A stretch of 61,351 nt of DNA, counting the filler. It is 10 parts of 10 records of this genome, joined end to end, with 100 filler letters (N's around TTAATTAATTAA, not from the genome) between each part and the next. Parts side by side here need not be neighbours in the genome. Positions count along the whole stretch, not along the records: positions 5,936 to 11,930 come from SRR31156797_79967; positions 12,031 to 17,109 come from SRR31156797_80004; positions 17,210 to 23,404 come from SRR31156797_80266; 7 more parts are not named here. The stretch is one strand, 5' to 3'. Under the pieces are notes generated by a model, which did no database searches, had not been told where the DNA came from, and saw only the letters and a program-made list of their open reading frames with translations. Within the stretch, counting starts at the first letter, position 1; each line of letters starts with the position of its first letter. Positions 9,268-19,435 of the stretch are shown piece by piece. The position numbers and the translations under genes were made by a program.

Positions 9268-11930
9268 ATGAGACCCTATCTTCTTTTTTTACTATTGATC
9301 AGTGGGACATGCTGGGCAACCGAACCGACCACCAACGATCAAATCGGGCAGGGATTCTCCCACGACCTTCTTTTGGCTCAAGCGAACATTTCCCCAGTCG
9401 CAGGTTTAACGGCAGCATTCGTGACGGATACCACTTATCATGAGACCTGGTATGTTTCGCAAAACGGGGCCGGTAACGGTACTTCCGTTAGCAATCCCAT
9501 GGGTTTGACGGCGCTCAATGCAAAAACAGATTTCGGCACGTCAAATGGGGATGTCGCAATTTTTTTGATCGGCACAATAAACGATACCGTCAAGCTGTCA
9601 AAAAGTGGTCTGGCTACCGGACATCTGATCATTCGAGGCGACTACCCAGGGCAGCCGGCAACCATCCAGGTAAATGGCGGTAGTGGTGAAGAAGCATTCG
9701 ATTTGAGTGGTTTGAGGCACATCGATTTATACAACGCAAATAGCAGGGCAATTATCGATGGGCAGGTCGTTTCCGGAGGTCCGGATGATATCGCCCACGA
9801 AAACGATCAATTGATCAACCTGGCGAACAGTTCTCACATAACGATTGATAATTGGGAAATCAAGCGTGGATGGAATGGCATTAAATCCGACAATGTTAGT
9901 GATTTCAATCTGTTTCGATGCAAAGTAACCTTAAATCGAATAAACGGAGCCTACTTCGGAAGCGGCAGTGAGCAAATACTCATTGGTGGCTCCTCCAGCA
10001 ACGCCAACGACTTTTACCAGAACACGTACAAAACCAGTGAAGAAGACAGCAAAATCGGAGCGGATCTTTTTTTTCATAGTGCTATCGAAATAAAAGTGAC
10101 ACATAATGAAATCCACGCAATAAACAATGACGAACAATCCGGTTGGGGCATGATCGGTGTCGGCTTTTATGGTGTTGACAGAGGTCTGGTTGAGAAAAAC
10201 ACCATTCATGACATGGGTGCCTTTAACTTCACAGCTGGTATCTTTGCCAAAGGCTTAGCTCTGAATCGGAATCTTATCTTTCGATATAACAATCTTTACG
10301 ACCTAACAACGGTTCAGGGTGCCGATGACGGCGGCGGTATTTTTCTTACAGGTGATGCCAATAATATCCGTATTTACGGGAATCGTATTCACAATGCGCA
10401 ATCTGGAATCGGCGTCGATATCAACGGGGATGGTACAACGAACATCGGCAACAATGGGAACCACATAGAGGATGTTTTTATATGGGCTAATTCGATTTCA
10501 AGTGTAAATGCATACGGTATTGCGCTGTTGGACACTCTTTCTGCCAATACCGACGATTATGACGACATCTATATCGTCAACAACAGCATTCACATGACGA
10601 CTGAAGGCTCGTCGGAGCATATGACCTCATTTATCAGCCAATTCAATTACGGATCCGGAGATGACGGCACCGATGATACCGGTGCGAATCCCCACATCAT
10701 TGTAAAAAACAACATTTTCTCGGAGGGTCGTTTCGGTCAAATGCGAAAATTCAATATTGCAGCCAATGAAAATAGCGACGGGAATTGGATGGCTCTGGAC
10801 TACAACATAGGATACGATTCGACAGACGACGGCAACTACACGATCCGTTTCGGACCCTCCTCAGACGGTTCAGACGACTTTAATTACGATTCAGGCTCTC
10901 TGCCCGCTGCCTGGTGTGCAAACGATCCAACACCTGCGAATCCGATGTTCACAGATGAAGCGAATGGCAACCTCGAATTAGGCCCAAGTTCCCCGGCGAT
11001 TTCACAAGCAATTGATATGAGCGGTGTGGACGTCCCGCCGATAACAGTAGATGGAACCGCTTACTCCTTTGACCTGGACGACATCCTATACCAGGCGACA
11101 AATTGGTCAACGATACCGCCTACCATCCATATGGCAGACCATGATGATTACGGCGAGGATAAAACAATTGGTGCTTATATCGGTCTGAAGTATGTAAATA
11201 GCATCTATTATGTTTCCCCCACAGGAGGAACCGGAACGAGAGACGGGAAATCAGTTGAAACGGCATGGTCTGCCGCCGATCTACGGTCGGAAACAACCAA
11301 CTGGTCTTTTATTGAAGACATAGACAAATTAGATCCAGGAGATATCCTTTACCCGAAAGAGAACTGGACCAATAGCGACTATTTAAATGTTCATCAGGGC
11401 ATAACGATCGATTTTTATGAATCAGGCGATTATGATCCAATAACAATGGACCATTCTCTTTCACCCGTTTTTAAATCTCAAATCTACGTTAAATCGAATG
11501 ACGTTAATGTCCAAGATGGGCGGTTCGATTGGTCGGCTCGTGCGATTATTATTAATGAACGTGTAAAAAGGCAACGGATTAAAGTATTACGAAACTATTT
11601 CAACGTATCAAGATACGGCGGTTGGGCTGCCGTTTATTGGGGTTTTGTCTGCGATTCTGAATTTGCCTACAATTACGTTGAAGGAATACCTCAAGACAAC
11701 TGTAGCACCACTACCAACGCGGAAGGTTATGGAGGGCGAGGGTTTGTTTTATGTGCTGGATCAAGAAACAGGATTCACCATAACTACATCGATGGTGGTT
11801 ATACAGCATTCTACTTCCCTGGTTCCAGAACATGGGATGATGATAAATATACTGTGGATTATCCGCCAAGTGGCGTATATACGGCTGATCCTGATGCAAA
11901 CTATGAAAAAAATGAAATCTCGTACAATCA
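9268..11930 (+). CDS. Large secreted right-handed parallel beta-helix protein; 3' truncated
   Basis: Signal peptide; YVS..G.G.G.S...P start motif occurs twice; Asn-ladder repeats (HNEIH, KNTIH, YNNLY, GNRIH, NNSIH, KNNIF); PMF.D...GN..L...SPAI motif. Confidence 0.8.
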
Positions 11931-12030
11931 NNNNNNNNNNNNNNNNNNNNNNNNNNNNNNNNNNNNNNNNNNNNTTAATTAATTAANNNNNNNNNNNNNN
12001 NNNNNNNNNNNNNNNNNNNNNNNNNNNNNN
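11931..12030. other. Artificial contig linker
   Basis: N-run/TTAATTAATTAA/N-run. Confidence 0.99.
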
Positions 12031-12278
12031 CTTGGCCTGGGCAGGGAAAGAGCTTGTTTTATAAATGAAGATAAGCGCGAGGGGTGGAACACCCCCGCAT
12101 TAAAAGTGTTTCTTTACATCACAATAAGGCATGATTGCCTGGGAGCGAGAGTGAGAATGATAACAATCGTTTGTATTCATTCCATCATGTAGAGTAACTA
12201 AAGTGACGGCATGATTGTATAATAGACAAATGTTAATATTAGAATACTTAAAATAACACCGGAGCAAACTGACAAACA

Positions 12279-13055
12279 ATGATCAAAGTGCAGGAAAACG
12301 GACTCACATATTACCGCTTTGAAATACTTGACGACTGCAAGCAGTTGACCCACGGAATTTTTACCAAACACGGCGGAGACAGCCCGCCGCCTCGTCAAGG
12401 TTTGAATATGACCTTTTTCCGGGGCGAACCTGAAGAACCGGTCCAGGCCAATATTAAAATGGCCGCGGATGCCGTGGGTTGCAATAACCTGGCTTATATC
12501 GGCCAGGTTCACAGCGATAAAGCCCTGGTTGTCCGTGCAGAAAATCAATATACGCCCAAGGGGCCGCAAGAAGTCATACAGGGGTACGACGCCATGATAA
12601 CCCCTGACCGCGACATCGGCCTTTTAATCACTCTTGCCGACTGCCAGGGCGTTTTGCTTTTCGATCCTGAAACCGAAGTCCTGGCCCTGATCCATTCGGG
12701 TTGGCGGGGCAGCGTGCAAAATATCATCGGCAAAACCGCAAACCGAATGGTTTCGGAATTCGGAGTCGATCCTTCAAGCATTCTGGCTGGAATCGGTCCC
12801 TCCCTCGGACCTTGCTGCGCTGAATTCAAAAATTACAAAGACGAATTGCCGGAAAGCTTTCTTGATTACAAGCAAGGGTTTAATTTTGATTTTTGGGCCA
12901 TCAGCCGCGATCAATTGACTGAAGCCGGATTGAAGGCCGATAATATTGAAATCAGCCAAATGTGCACCAAGTGCGGCAAGGAAGGCTTTTATTCCTATCG
13001 CGGGGACGGCCTGACCGGCAGGTTCGGTTTTGTAGCCGGATTAGTTGGAGAATAA
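12279..13055 (+). CDS. pgeF: PgeF/YfiH-family purine nucleoside phosphorylase (laccase-like domain)
   Basis: QVHS, ADC, HSGWRG, GPSLGPCC and FYSYR...GR motifs. Confidence 0.93.
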   Translation: MIKVQENGLTYYRFEILDDCKQLTHGIFTKHGGDSPPPRQGLNMTFFRGEPEEPVQANIKMAADAVGCNNLAYIGQVHSDKALVVRAENQYTPKGPQEVIQGYDAMITPDRDIGLLITLADCQGVLLFDPETEVLALIHSGWRGSVQNIIGKTANRMVSEFGVDPSSILAGIGPSLGPCCAEFKNYKDELPESFLDYKQGFNFDFWAISRDQLTEAGLKADNIEISQMCTKCGKEGFYSYRGDGLTGRFGFVAGLVGE

Positions 13056-13056
13056 A

Positions 13057-13851
13057 ATGACGGATACCTTTTTGAACCAATGCATTGTCATCAGCAACAG
13101 TCTGGTCAACACCGGCACGCACCTGCTCAGGCTCCAGGCGCCGGAAATAGCCGCTTCAGCCGTTCCCGGCCAGTTTGTCATGCTCCAGACAGGCATAAGC
13201 CCGGAAAAAGGCGGCGGCCCTCTTTTAAAGCGCCCCTTTTCCATCCACCAAATAGGTCCAGGCGAAGAAATATCCATTATATACAGGGTAGTCGGCGTGG
13301 GAACCAACCTGCTTTCTTACTGCAACCCGGGCGATTCATTAAACATATTGGGGCCGCTCGGGCATGGCTTTTCCTGGGACGAAAACCTGGAAGCAGCATA
13401 CCTTGTGGGCGGAGGAATAGGCGTGGCGCCGCTCCTGTCCCTATCCGAAGCCATGGGAAAAACAGTTGAAAAAATACTTTTTTACGGGGAAAAATCAGCA
13501 GATTTCTGCCTTCCGTACGAACGACTCAAGAAAATATCCTATAGCGTCGAACTGACAACAGAAGACGGCAGCGCCGGCATACAGGGACTGGTGACCGCTC
13601 CCCTGGCCGAACGACTTGAAACCAGGCCAGCGCCGATATTCGCCTGCGGCCCCCGCCCCATGATGGCCGCGGTCGCCCATCTGGCCGCCAGGGCCGGAGT
13701 CGAATGCACTGTTTCCATGGAAGCGCATATGGCTTGCGGCATGGGCGCCTGCCTGGGTTGCGTAACGGAAATAAATTCAAATGAAGTGCCCGCCTATGCC
13801 AGGGTCTGCCTGGAAGGCCCGGTTTTCAAGGCCGAGGATATAAAATGGTAA
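13057..13851 (+). CDS. pyrK: Dihydroorotate dehydrogenase electron transfer subunit
   Basis: PGQFVM, RPFSI, GPLGHGF, GGGIGVAP, CGP, and CGMGACLGC...C 2Fe-2S motif; ATG at 13057 after GGAG. Confidence 0.93.
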   Translation: MTDTFLNQCIVISNSLVNTGTHLLRLQAPEIAASAVPGQFVMLQTGISPEKGGGPLLKRPFSIHQIGPGEEISIIYRVVGVGTNLLSYCNPGDSLNILGPLGHGFSWDENLEAAYLVGGGIGVAPLLSLSEAMGKTVEKILFYGEKSADFCLPYERLKKISYSVELTTEDGSAGIQGLVTAPLAERLETRPAPIFACGPRPMMAAVAHLAARAGVECTVSMEAHMACGMGACLGCVTEINSNEVPAYARVCLEGPVFKAEDIKW

Positions 13852-14777
13852 ACAGCAATAATAGTTCTATTGATATGACCGTCGATCTGGGAGGATTGCG
13901 ACTAAAAAATCCGGTTATGTCCGCCTCCGGCACATTCGGTTACGGGCGTGAATTTTCCGAATTCGTTCCGCCGGAATCCCTGGGCGCGGTTGTCGTCAAG
14001 GGCATATCCCTAAATCCCAGGGCGGGCAATCCTCCGCCCCGCATAGTCGAAACCCCGGCCGGCATGCTTAACGCCATAGGACTAGAAAACGTCGGCCTGG
14101 ATGCCTTTATAAAGGACAAACTGCCCTGGCTCCTTGAACAAAAAGCCGTGGTCGCGGCCAACATACTGGGGGAAACGGTTGAAGAATATGCAGCCCTGGC
14201 CAGGGGCCTCAACCAGGCCGGCGGAGTGTCCCTTATTGAAGTAAATGTCTCCTGCCCCAATGTGGCCGCGGGCGGATTTTCCTTTGGAACAGATCCGGCG
14301 GCCACGGCCGAAGTGACCAGGGCGGTTGTCGAATCAACCGACATCCCGGTCATGGTCAAACTGACGCCAATGGTCACGGATATTACCGCCGTGGCCAAAA
14401 CAGCCGTATCCGCGGGCGCCAGGGCCTTATCCCTGATGAACACCATCCCGGCCATGGCTATTGACCTTGAATCCAGGAAGCCCAGCCTCAAAAACATCAT
14501 CGGCGGCCTTTCCGGCCCGGCCATAAAACCAGTCGCCCTCCGCCTTGTCTGGCAGGCGTCCAGGGCAGTGGATGTTCCCATTGTCGGCGTTGGAGGCATA
14601 ATGACCGCCCGTGATGCATTGGAATTCATGCTGGCCGGGGCTTCCGCCGTTCAAGTCGGCACGGCTAATTTCATAAATCCGCGCGCCGTCCTTGATATTT
14701 TGAACGGAATGGAAGATTATTTAAAGGAACAAGGCTTGGAGGACTTTTCGAGCATAGTGGGCGGCCTGGCTACATAG
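13845..14777 (+). CDS. pyrD: Dihydroorotate dehydrogenase family 1B catalytic subunit
   Basis: NPVMSASGTFGYG, GMLNAIGLEN, NVSCPN, GGLSGPAIKP, AGASAVQVGTA. Confidence 0.96.
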   Translation: MVNSNNSSIDMTVDLGGLRLKNPVMSASGTFGYGREFSEFVPPESLGAVVVKGISLNPRAGNPPPRIVETPAGMLNAIGLENVGLDAFIKDKLPWLLEQKAVVAANILGETVEEYAALARGLNQAGGVSLIEVNVSCPNVAAGGFSFGTDPAATAEVTRAVVESTDIPVMVKLTPMVTDITAVAKTAVSAGARALSLMNTIPAMAIDLESRKPSLKNIIGGLSGPAIKPVALRLVWQASRAVDVPIVGVGGIMTARDALEFMLAGASAVQVGTANFINPRAVLDILNGMEDYLKEQGLEDFSSIVGGLAT

Positions 14778-14909
14778 CCAACCATCAATATACTGATTTC
14801 AATATGTTTTTACTTGACCGATTAGACATCGGGGGCTGTATATAGTATCTTGAATTCAATAATTATTAAGGACTATGGTCCATATTTCAATAATTGAGGG
14901 GAGATAACC

Positions 14910-16637
14910 ATGAAGAAATTGCTTGTTGTTATAGTTGTTCTGGGCCTTTTGGCCGCGGCCGGTGCGGTCGGATTGCACTTTTACGCCCAAATGAAGGCGG
15001 TTGAAGCGGTTGAAGCTTACATAAACGGGATGCCGGACCTGGAAAACGGCTCTCATGGTAAAGTCGCCTATTCTCTGCTCAGTAAAAAACTGACCGTAGA
15101 CGATATGAAGCTGACATTCAAACGCGAAGATATGAAAAACATGGAAATCGGGAATATTGAAATCAGTAAGCCCGATATGGGGACATTTGAAGCCATGATG
15201 AAAGGCGAAGGCCAGGAAGGCGTTCTCAATAAACTGGCCGACACTGTTACAGTTTCCAATATTAAAGCCTATGATAAAAAAGTTTCAATGAGCCTCGGCA
15301 GCTACACGATCACAGGCCCGCAAGTGGGCAAGCTGCCCTTTAAGCCGTCGACTCCGCCGGAAGAGGCCTTTGCCAAGGAAAACATCCCCAAACTGATGAA
15401 AGCCGTGGCCCTGGATAAAGCCGAAATGAACGACCTGGTCGTGAAAGACCTGGCTGAAGGCAAGGAAGTCGTCAAATTAAAGAAAATTTCCGTGGAAAAT
15501 GTACATGGCGGAAAGATCGGCGCCTTTATCATGGAAGGAATGAATATCGACGCTGATGAGGAAGCACAGGTAAAATTCCAATCCATATCAGCCAAGAACC
15601 TCGACTATTCCAATGCCATTGAAATGCTGTCCAAGGATACGCCCCCGGATCCGTTTTCCATGGATCCTCCGGTTACGTATGACGAAATCATGGTCAAGGG
15701 GATCGAAGTTGACGCGCCCAAGGCTCAAAATGTCAAGGTTTCGCAGATTTCACTATCCAATTACAAGAACATGGGCGCAATACCGATTTCCTTCACATTT
15801 GATCTTAAAGGCCTGTCACTTGACGTCCAGAACATTGACGATCCCAAGGCCCAGGCGACCTTTAAACAACTCGGGTACGATAAGCTGAATATGCATATGA
15901 ACCTGGACTATGGCTGGGACGCCGATACAAATGTTCTTAATCTTAAGAACCTTTCCGTGAAAATTGATGAAATGGCCGGCCTGACCGCCAAACTCACCGT
16001 GGAAGGCGTTGACTTGAAAAAAATGAAATCGCCTGCCGACGCAATGATGCTTCTCGGAGGCATGCTTTTCAAGAAAGCCGAAATCAAGTATGTGGATGCC
16101 TCCCTGGCGCCCAAGATGCTTAAATTCGCGGCCGCCGCCCAGGGCATGGACCCGGAACAGTTAAGGGGCATGCTCATCTCCCAGGTTGACTTTATCAAGC
16201 CCATGCTCGGCAATACCGCCAGCGCGGATCAAATAGCCAAAAGCGCGGTCGTCTTTATAAAAGACCCGCGCTCCCTGACCATCGTTGCCGAACCGCAGGC
16301 TCCATTGCCGATCATGGTCCTGGCCAACCAGGCCCAGATGGCCCCGGATAAATTGATCGCTTCCCTTAACCTTTCCATAGCGGTTAATGACGGCGCTCCG
16401 GTGAAGGTGGAACCGGCCGCCATGCCGTCTCAGCCCGGAGCAGCACAGCCCCAGCCGGCGCCTGCACAGCCCGAGCCTTCTCAACCGGCGCCTGCTCAGC
16501 CTCAGCCGTCTCAGCCTGCGCCTGCACCGCAGCCTGCCGCGCCGGAACAGCCCAAAACCATCGGCGACATGTTCAAGAAAATGGATCCGTCCAAAACCGA
16601 TGAAGGCGGCGAATTGAAGGCCCAACCGCTCAACTAA
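14910..16637 (+). CDS. Hypothetical exported/membrane-anchored beta-rich protein with Pro/Gln/Ala-rich tail
   Basis: 575-aa ORF with RBS GAGGGGAG; N-terminal hydrophobic anchor; L..LGY and FI.DP.SLTI...P..P motifs; followed by a terminator. Confidence 0.75.
   Translation: MKKLLVVIVVLGLLAAAGAVGLHFYAQMKAVEAVEAYINGMPDLENGSHGKVAYSLLSKKLTVDDMKLTFKREDMKNMEIGNIEISKPDMGTFEAMMKGEGQEGVLNKLADTVTVSNIKAYDKKVSMSLGSYTITGPQVGKLPFKPSTPPEEAFAKENIPKLMKAVALDKAEMNDLVVKDLAEGKEVVKLKKISVENVHGGKIGAFIMEGMNIDADEEAQVKFQSISAKNLDYSNAIEMLSKDTPPDPFSMDPPVTYDEIMVKGIEVDAPKAQNVKVSQISLSNYKNMGAIPISFTFDLKGLSLDVQNIDDPKAQATFKQLGYDKLNMHMNLDYGWDADTNVLNLKNLSVKIDEMAGLTAKLTVEGVDLKKMKSPADAMMLLGGMLFKKAEIKYVDASLAPKMLKFAAAAQGMDPEQLRGMLISQVDFIKPMLGNTASADQIAKSAVVFIKDPRSLTIVAEPQAPLPIMVLANQAQMAPDKLIASLNLSIAVNDGAPVKVEPAAMPSQPGAAQPQPAPAQPEPSQPAPAQPQPSQPAPAPQPAAPEQPKTIGDMFKKMDPSKTDEGGELKAQPLN
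16424..16551 (+). repeat. Coding tandem repeat, about 30-bp units (QPAPAQPEPS/QPAPAQPQPS)
   Basis: cagccggcgcctgcacagcccgagccttct / caaccggcgcctgctcagcctcagccgtct / cagcctgcgcctgca. Confidence 0.8.
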
Positions 16638-16651
16638 GGCATATCAGAGCC

Positions 16652-16690
16652 AAAAAGGCCGGACTTTTATCCAAAGTCCGGCCTTTTTTT
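16652..16690 (+). terminator. Intrinsic terminator, probably bidirectional
   Basis: aaaaaggccggacttt-tatcc-aaagtccggccttttttt, between convergent genes. Confidence 0.88.
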
Positions 16691-16720
16691 ATAGTGACCG
16701 CACAAATTTTTAGCTGTCCC

Positions 16721-16790
16721 GTAGTTGGTTTAGCGTAGCGTAACCCAACAAAAACAAGGTATTGGGTTACACTACGCTAACCCGACCCAC
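16721..16790. repeat. GTAG-type REP inverted doublet (REPIN-like)
   Basis: gtagttggtttagcgtagcgtaacccaa ... ttgggttacactacgctaacccgacccac: two imperfect palindromes in inverted orientation, the first starting GTAG. Confidence 0.7.
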
Positions 16791-16879
16791 CATAAGATTA
16801 TTATAATTCTTTTATTTAAAAAGTCCGGCACACGACATTAGTCGTTGGATAAAGCCTTTCCCTTATTCCCGCCCATTCA

Positions 16880-17107
16880 TCATTTAAACAAATGACAGGC
16901 CGTAAAATGCGAAGGGGAAATTTCCTGCAACTTCGGCATGGTCTCGCGGCACACGGGCATTGCCTGCGGGCAGCGGGGCGCGAATCGACAACCTGGAGCA
17001 GGATTGATTGCCGTGGCCTGCTCAGCTCCTGATTGCATCAATGGAACGGACTTAAGATCCCCCTTCAGAGACGGCACGGCCTTAAGCAGAGCCTGGGTAT
17101 ATGGATT
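16880..17107 (-). CDS. Oligopeptide/dipeptide ABC ATPase C-terminal domain; 5' truncated
   Basis: NPYTQALLKAVP...PGCRFAPRCP.A...C....P.......H..ACH (oligo_HPY domain). Confidence 0.9.
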   Translation of the reverse strand, partial: NPYTQALLKAVPSLKGDLKSVPLMQSGAEQATAINPAPGCRFAPRCPQAMPVCRETMPKLQEISPSHFTACHLFK

Positions 17108-17109
17108 CA

Positions 17110-17209
17110 NNNNNNNNNNNNNNNNNNNNNNNNNNNNNNNNNNNNNNNNNNNNTTAATTAATTAANNNNNNNNNNNNNNNNNNNNNNNNNNNNNNNNNNN
17201 NNNNNNNNN
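17110..17209. other. Artificial contig linker
   Basis: N-run/TTAATTAATTAA/N-run. Confidence 0.99.
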
Positions 17210-17210
17210 C

Positions 17211-17336
17211 AAACTTGATGAAATGAGTGCTCAGATAGAGGTCTTAGAGAAAGTAAAAGCTCTTGCAGACATGTCTGATCAGGAAGATTTCACCTCATCA
17301 TCACGCAGGAAGGACAGAATATACGCAAATGTTTGA
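17211..17336 (+). CDS. 3' end of an unidentified gene
   Basis: Open frame KLDEMSAQIEVLEKVKALADMSDQEDFTSSSRRKDRIYANV* from the contig edge, followed by a T-rich tract. Confidence 0.5.
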   Translation, partial: KLDEMSAQIEVLEKVKALADMSDQEDFTSSSRRKDRIYANV

Positions 17337-17426
17337 ATATATATCTCCTCCCCCCTTTTACCTTTTTTAATTTCCATTCGAGTTTTATCCAATAATTTTA
17401 AGGCATGAGCCTGCAATGTTCTAGGC

Positions 17427-18215
17427 ATGTCAAAAAAGATACTAGTTACAAATGATGATGGCGTTTACTCCACAGGCATACACGCTGCATACAAAAGTGT
17501 TGCAGACCTTGGAGATGTAACTGTCTCAGCCCCAATGACACAGCAAAGCGGAGTTGGCAGATCAATATCGATTTTTGAGCCACTGAGAATAACCCAAACA
17601 ACTGTTAATGGGATGGAAGTCAATGCAGTAGCAGGCACACCAACTGATTCAGTAGTCCTTGGAATATTCTCTGTACTAAAACAGATGCCTGACCTTATAC
17701 TTTCAGGATTTAATATCGGTGAGAACATTAGCACTGATACGATCACTACTTCAGGAACCATAGGTGCAGCACTGGAAGGTGCAAGCTACGGAATCCCTGC
17801 GATCGCAGCCTCCATACAGGTTATGGAGGAAGGTGACAAGTTTGATGATAACAGGGAATTCAAGCACGACTACGATGTGGCCATAAAAGTTGTCAACAGA
17901 ATAGCAAAGAAAGTGCTTGAACATGGATTACCTGAGAACGTGGACCTTCTAAACGTGAACATCCCGCACCATGTAGAAGATGAGCCAGAGATAGAGATCA
18001 CACGGCTTGCAAGAAAGTTTTTCAAGACCGATGTAGAAGAGAGACACGACCCCAGAGGAAGGCCATATTACTGGATAGCCGGAGACCTTGTGCTTGATGA
18101 AGAAGAAGGTACTGATGTCCATGCAATCATGCACAACGGGAACGTATCCGTAACTCCCATATCCCTTGATGCCACTTCCCCGATCGACTTTTCAGAAATA
18201 GAGCACCTGCTGTAA
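17427..18215 (+). CDS. surE: 5'/3'-nucleotidase SurE
   Basis: ILVTNDDG, QSGVG, GTPTD, SGFNIGEN, SGTIGAA, DPRGRPYYW. Confidence 0.96.
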   Translation: MSKKILVTNDDGVYSTGIHAAYKSVADLGDVTVSAPMTQQSGVGRSISIFEPLRITQTTVNGMEVNAVAGTPTDSVVLGIFSVLKQMPDLILSGFNIGENISTDTITTSGTIGAALEGASYGIPAIAASIQVMEEGDKFDDNREFKHDYDVAIKVVNRIAKKVLEHGLPENVDLLNVNIPHHVEDEPEIEITRLARKFFKTDVEERHDPRGRPYYWIAGDLVLDEEEGTDVHAIMHNGNVSVTPISLDATSPIDFSEIEHLL

Positions 18216-18266
18216 GCAGGTGCCTGAGAATTTAATCTGATAGTTAAAATCAAAAAACAAAAAAAA

Positions 18267-18416
18267 TTATTGTTTTACTTTAATGAGAATCTCTTTGCAG
18301 TCCTGATCCACACCGTGAAGGGTTGTGGCAGCACCAACTACTGTACTTCCAAGTATGGCCTGAACAAAGTGATTTATCTCAATATCCTTTCCATCAACTG
18401 TTAATTCAACTTCCAT
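18267..18416 (-). CDS. Small 49-aa protein resembling the C-terminal module seen on some MobB proteins (below the ORF-track length cut-off)
   Basis: MEVELTVDGKDIEINHFVQAILGSTVVGAATTLHGVDQDCKEILIKVKQ*; directly downstream of moaA with AGGAG upstream and a T-tract after. Confidence 0.65.
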   Translation of the reverse strand: MEVELTVDGKDIEINHFVQAILGSTVVGAATTLHGVDQDCKEILIKVKQ

Positions 18417-18431
18417 TTTTCATATCTCCTG

Positions 18432-19346
18432 TCATGTTCTGCAAAACGGTACACGTTTGCTTACTGCCAGCCTGAAAAGCCGTGGCAGTTCATCCTTACC
18501 TGCATTTGCCACATCTACGTGATTGTCACTTACAAGCAGGCACGGTTTGAGCTGACCGTCTGCAGTAACCCTCAGCCTGTTGCAATTAGCACAGAATTCC
18601 GTGTTATCCACAGGTCTTACAAACTCGACTTCTGCACCATTGATGATATACTTTTTCCTCTTGTGCATTTCACGCACCTTTACATCCGAAGATGCGGAAA
18701 GAAGGGACTTTTCAACTTCCATGGTATTGATTTTGTACTGGGGCAGATCCCTGAAATCCATTAGTTCAATAAGCTGCAGGAGAACATCACCGTTAAACCC
18801 GCGGGTAAATTCAAGCATGTCCTCTATTTCATTATCGTTAAGATCCTTTAAAAGAACCATGTTCAGCTTCACCGGAGTAAGCCCTGCATCCACTGCTGCA
18901 TGAATCCCGTCAAGAACTTTGTTAAAGGTTGCTTTTCCCCCACTTGTTATCTGACGATACTTTTGAGGGTCGAGAGAATCTATACTTATGTTGACCCTGT
19001 CAAGACCTAATTCTTTCAGTGAATATGCCCGGTCTTTCAGTAAAACCGCATTAGTTGTCATGGATATGTCCCTCATTTCAGGCAAACGTACCAGAATATC
19101 CTCAAGGTCCTTCCTGACAAGAGGTTCACCACCTGATATCTTTAATCGGTCGATTCCAAACTGTGAGGCAACATCCACAATATTGACGATGGTATCCACT
19201 GGCATCTCTTTAACGTGACCACTATGCCCTTCATTGTGACAGTAAATGCAATTCAGATTGCAACGATCTGTTACAGACATCCTCAGACTTCTGAGAGTAC
19301 GTCCATAAGAGTCTGTGAGAACTTCAGTGGTTCCTGCAAAAGACAT
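18432..19346 (-). CDS. moaA: GTP 3',8-cyclase MoaA
   Basis: D.YGR....LRMSVTDRCNLNCIYC radical-SAM motif; C-terminal FCANCNRLRVTADGQLKPCL. Confidence 0.96.
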   Translation of the reverse strand: MSFAGTTEVLTDSYGRTLRSLRMSVTDRCNLNCIYCHNEGHSGHVKEMPVDTIVNIVDVASQFGIDRLKISGGEPLVRKDLEDILVRLPEMRDISMTTNAVLLKDRAYSLKELGLDRVNISIDSLDPQKYRQITSGGKATFNKVLDGIHAAVDAGLTPVKLNMVLLKDLNDNEIEDMLEFTRGFNGDVLLQLIELMDFRDLPQYKINTMEVEKSLLSASSDVKVREMHKRKKYIINGAEVEFVRPVDNTEFCANCNRLRVTADGQLKPCLLVSDNHVDVANAGKDELPRLFRLAVSKRVPFCRT

Positions 19347-19435
19347 AGTACCTAGATATACCTTATTTATTTAACTATTTTGAACCATCTCCCCGGAGAA
19401 TAATACATATATACAAACTATGCACAATTAACTCC

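Noticed and set aside
5936-11930. Selenoprotein or tRNA-Sec near selB
   Set aside because: No in-frame TGA read-through candidate or tRNA cloverleaf was seen by eye on this contig.
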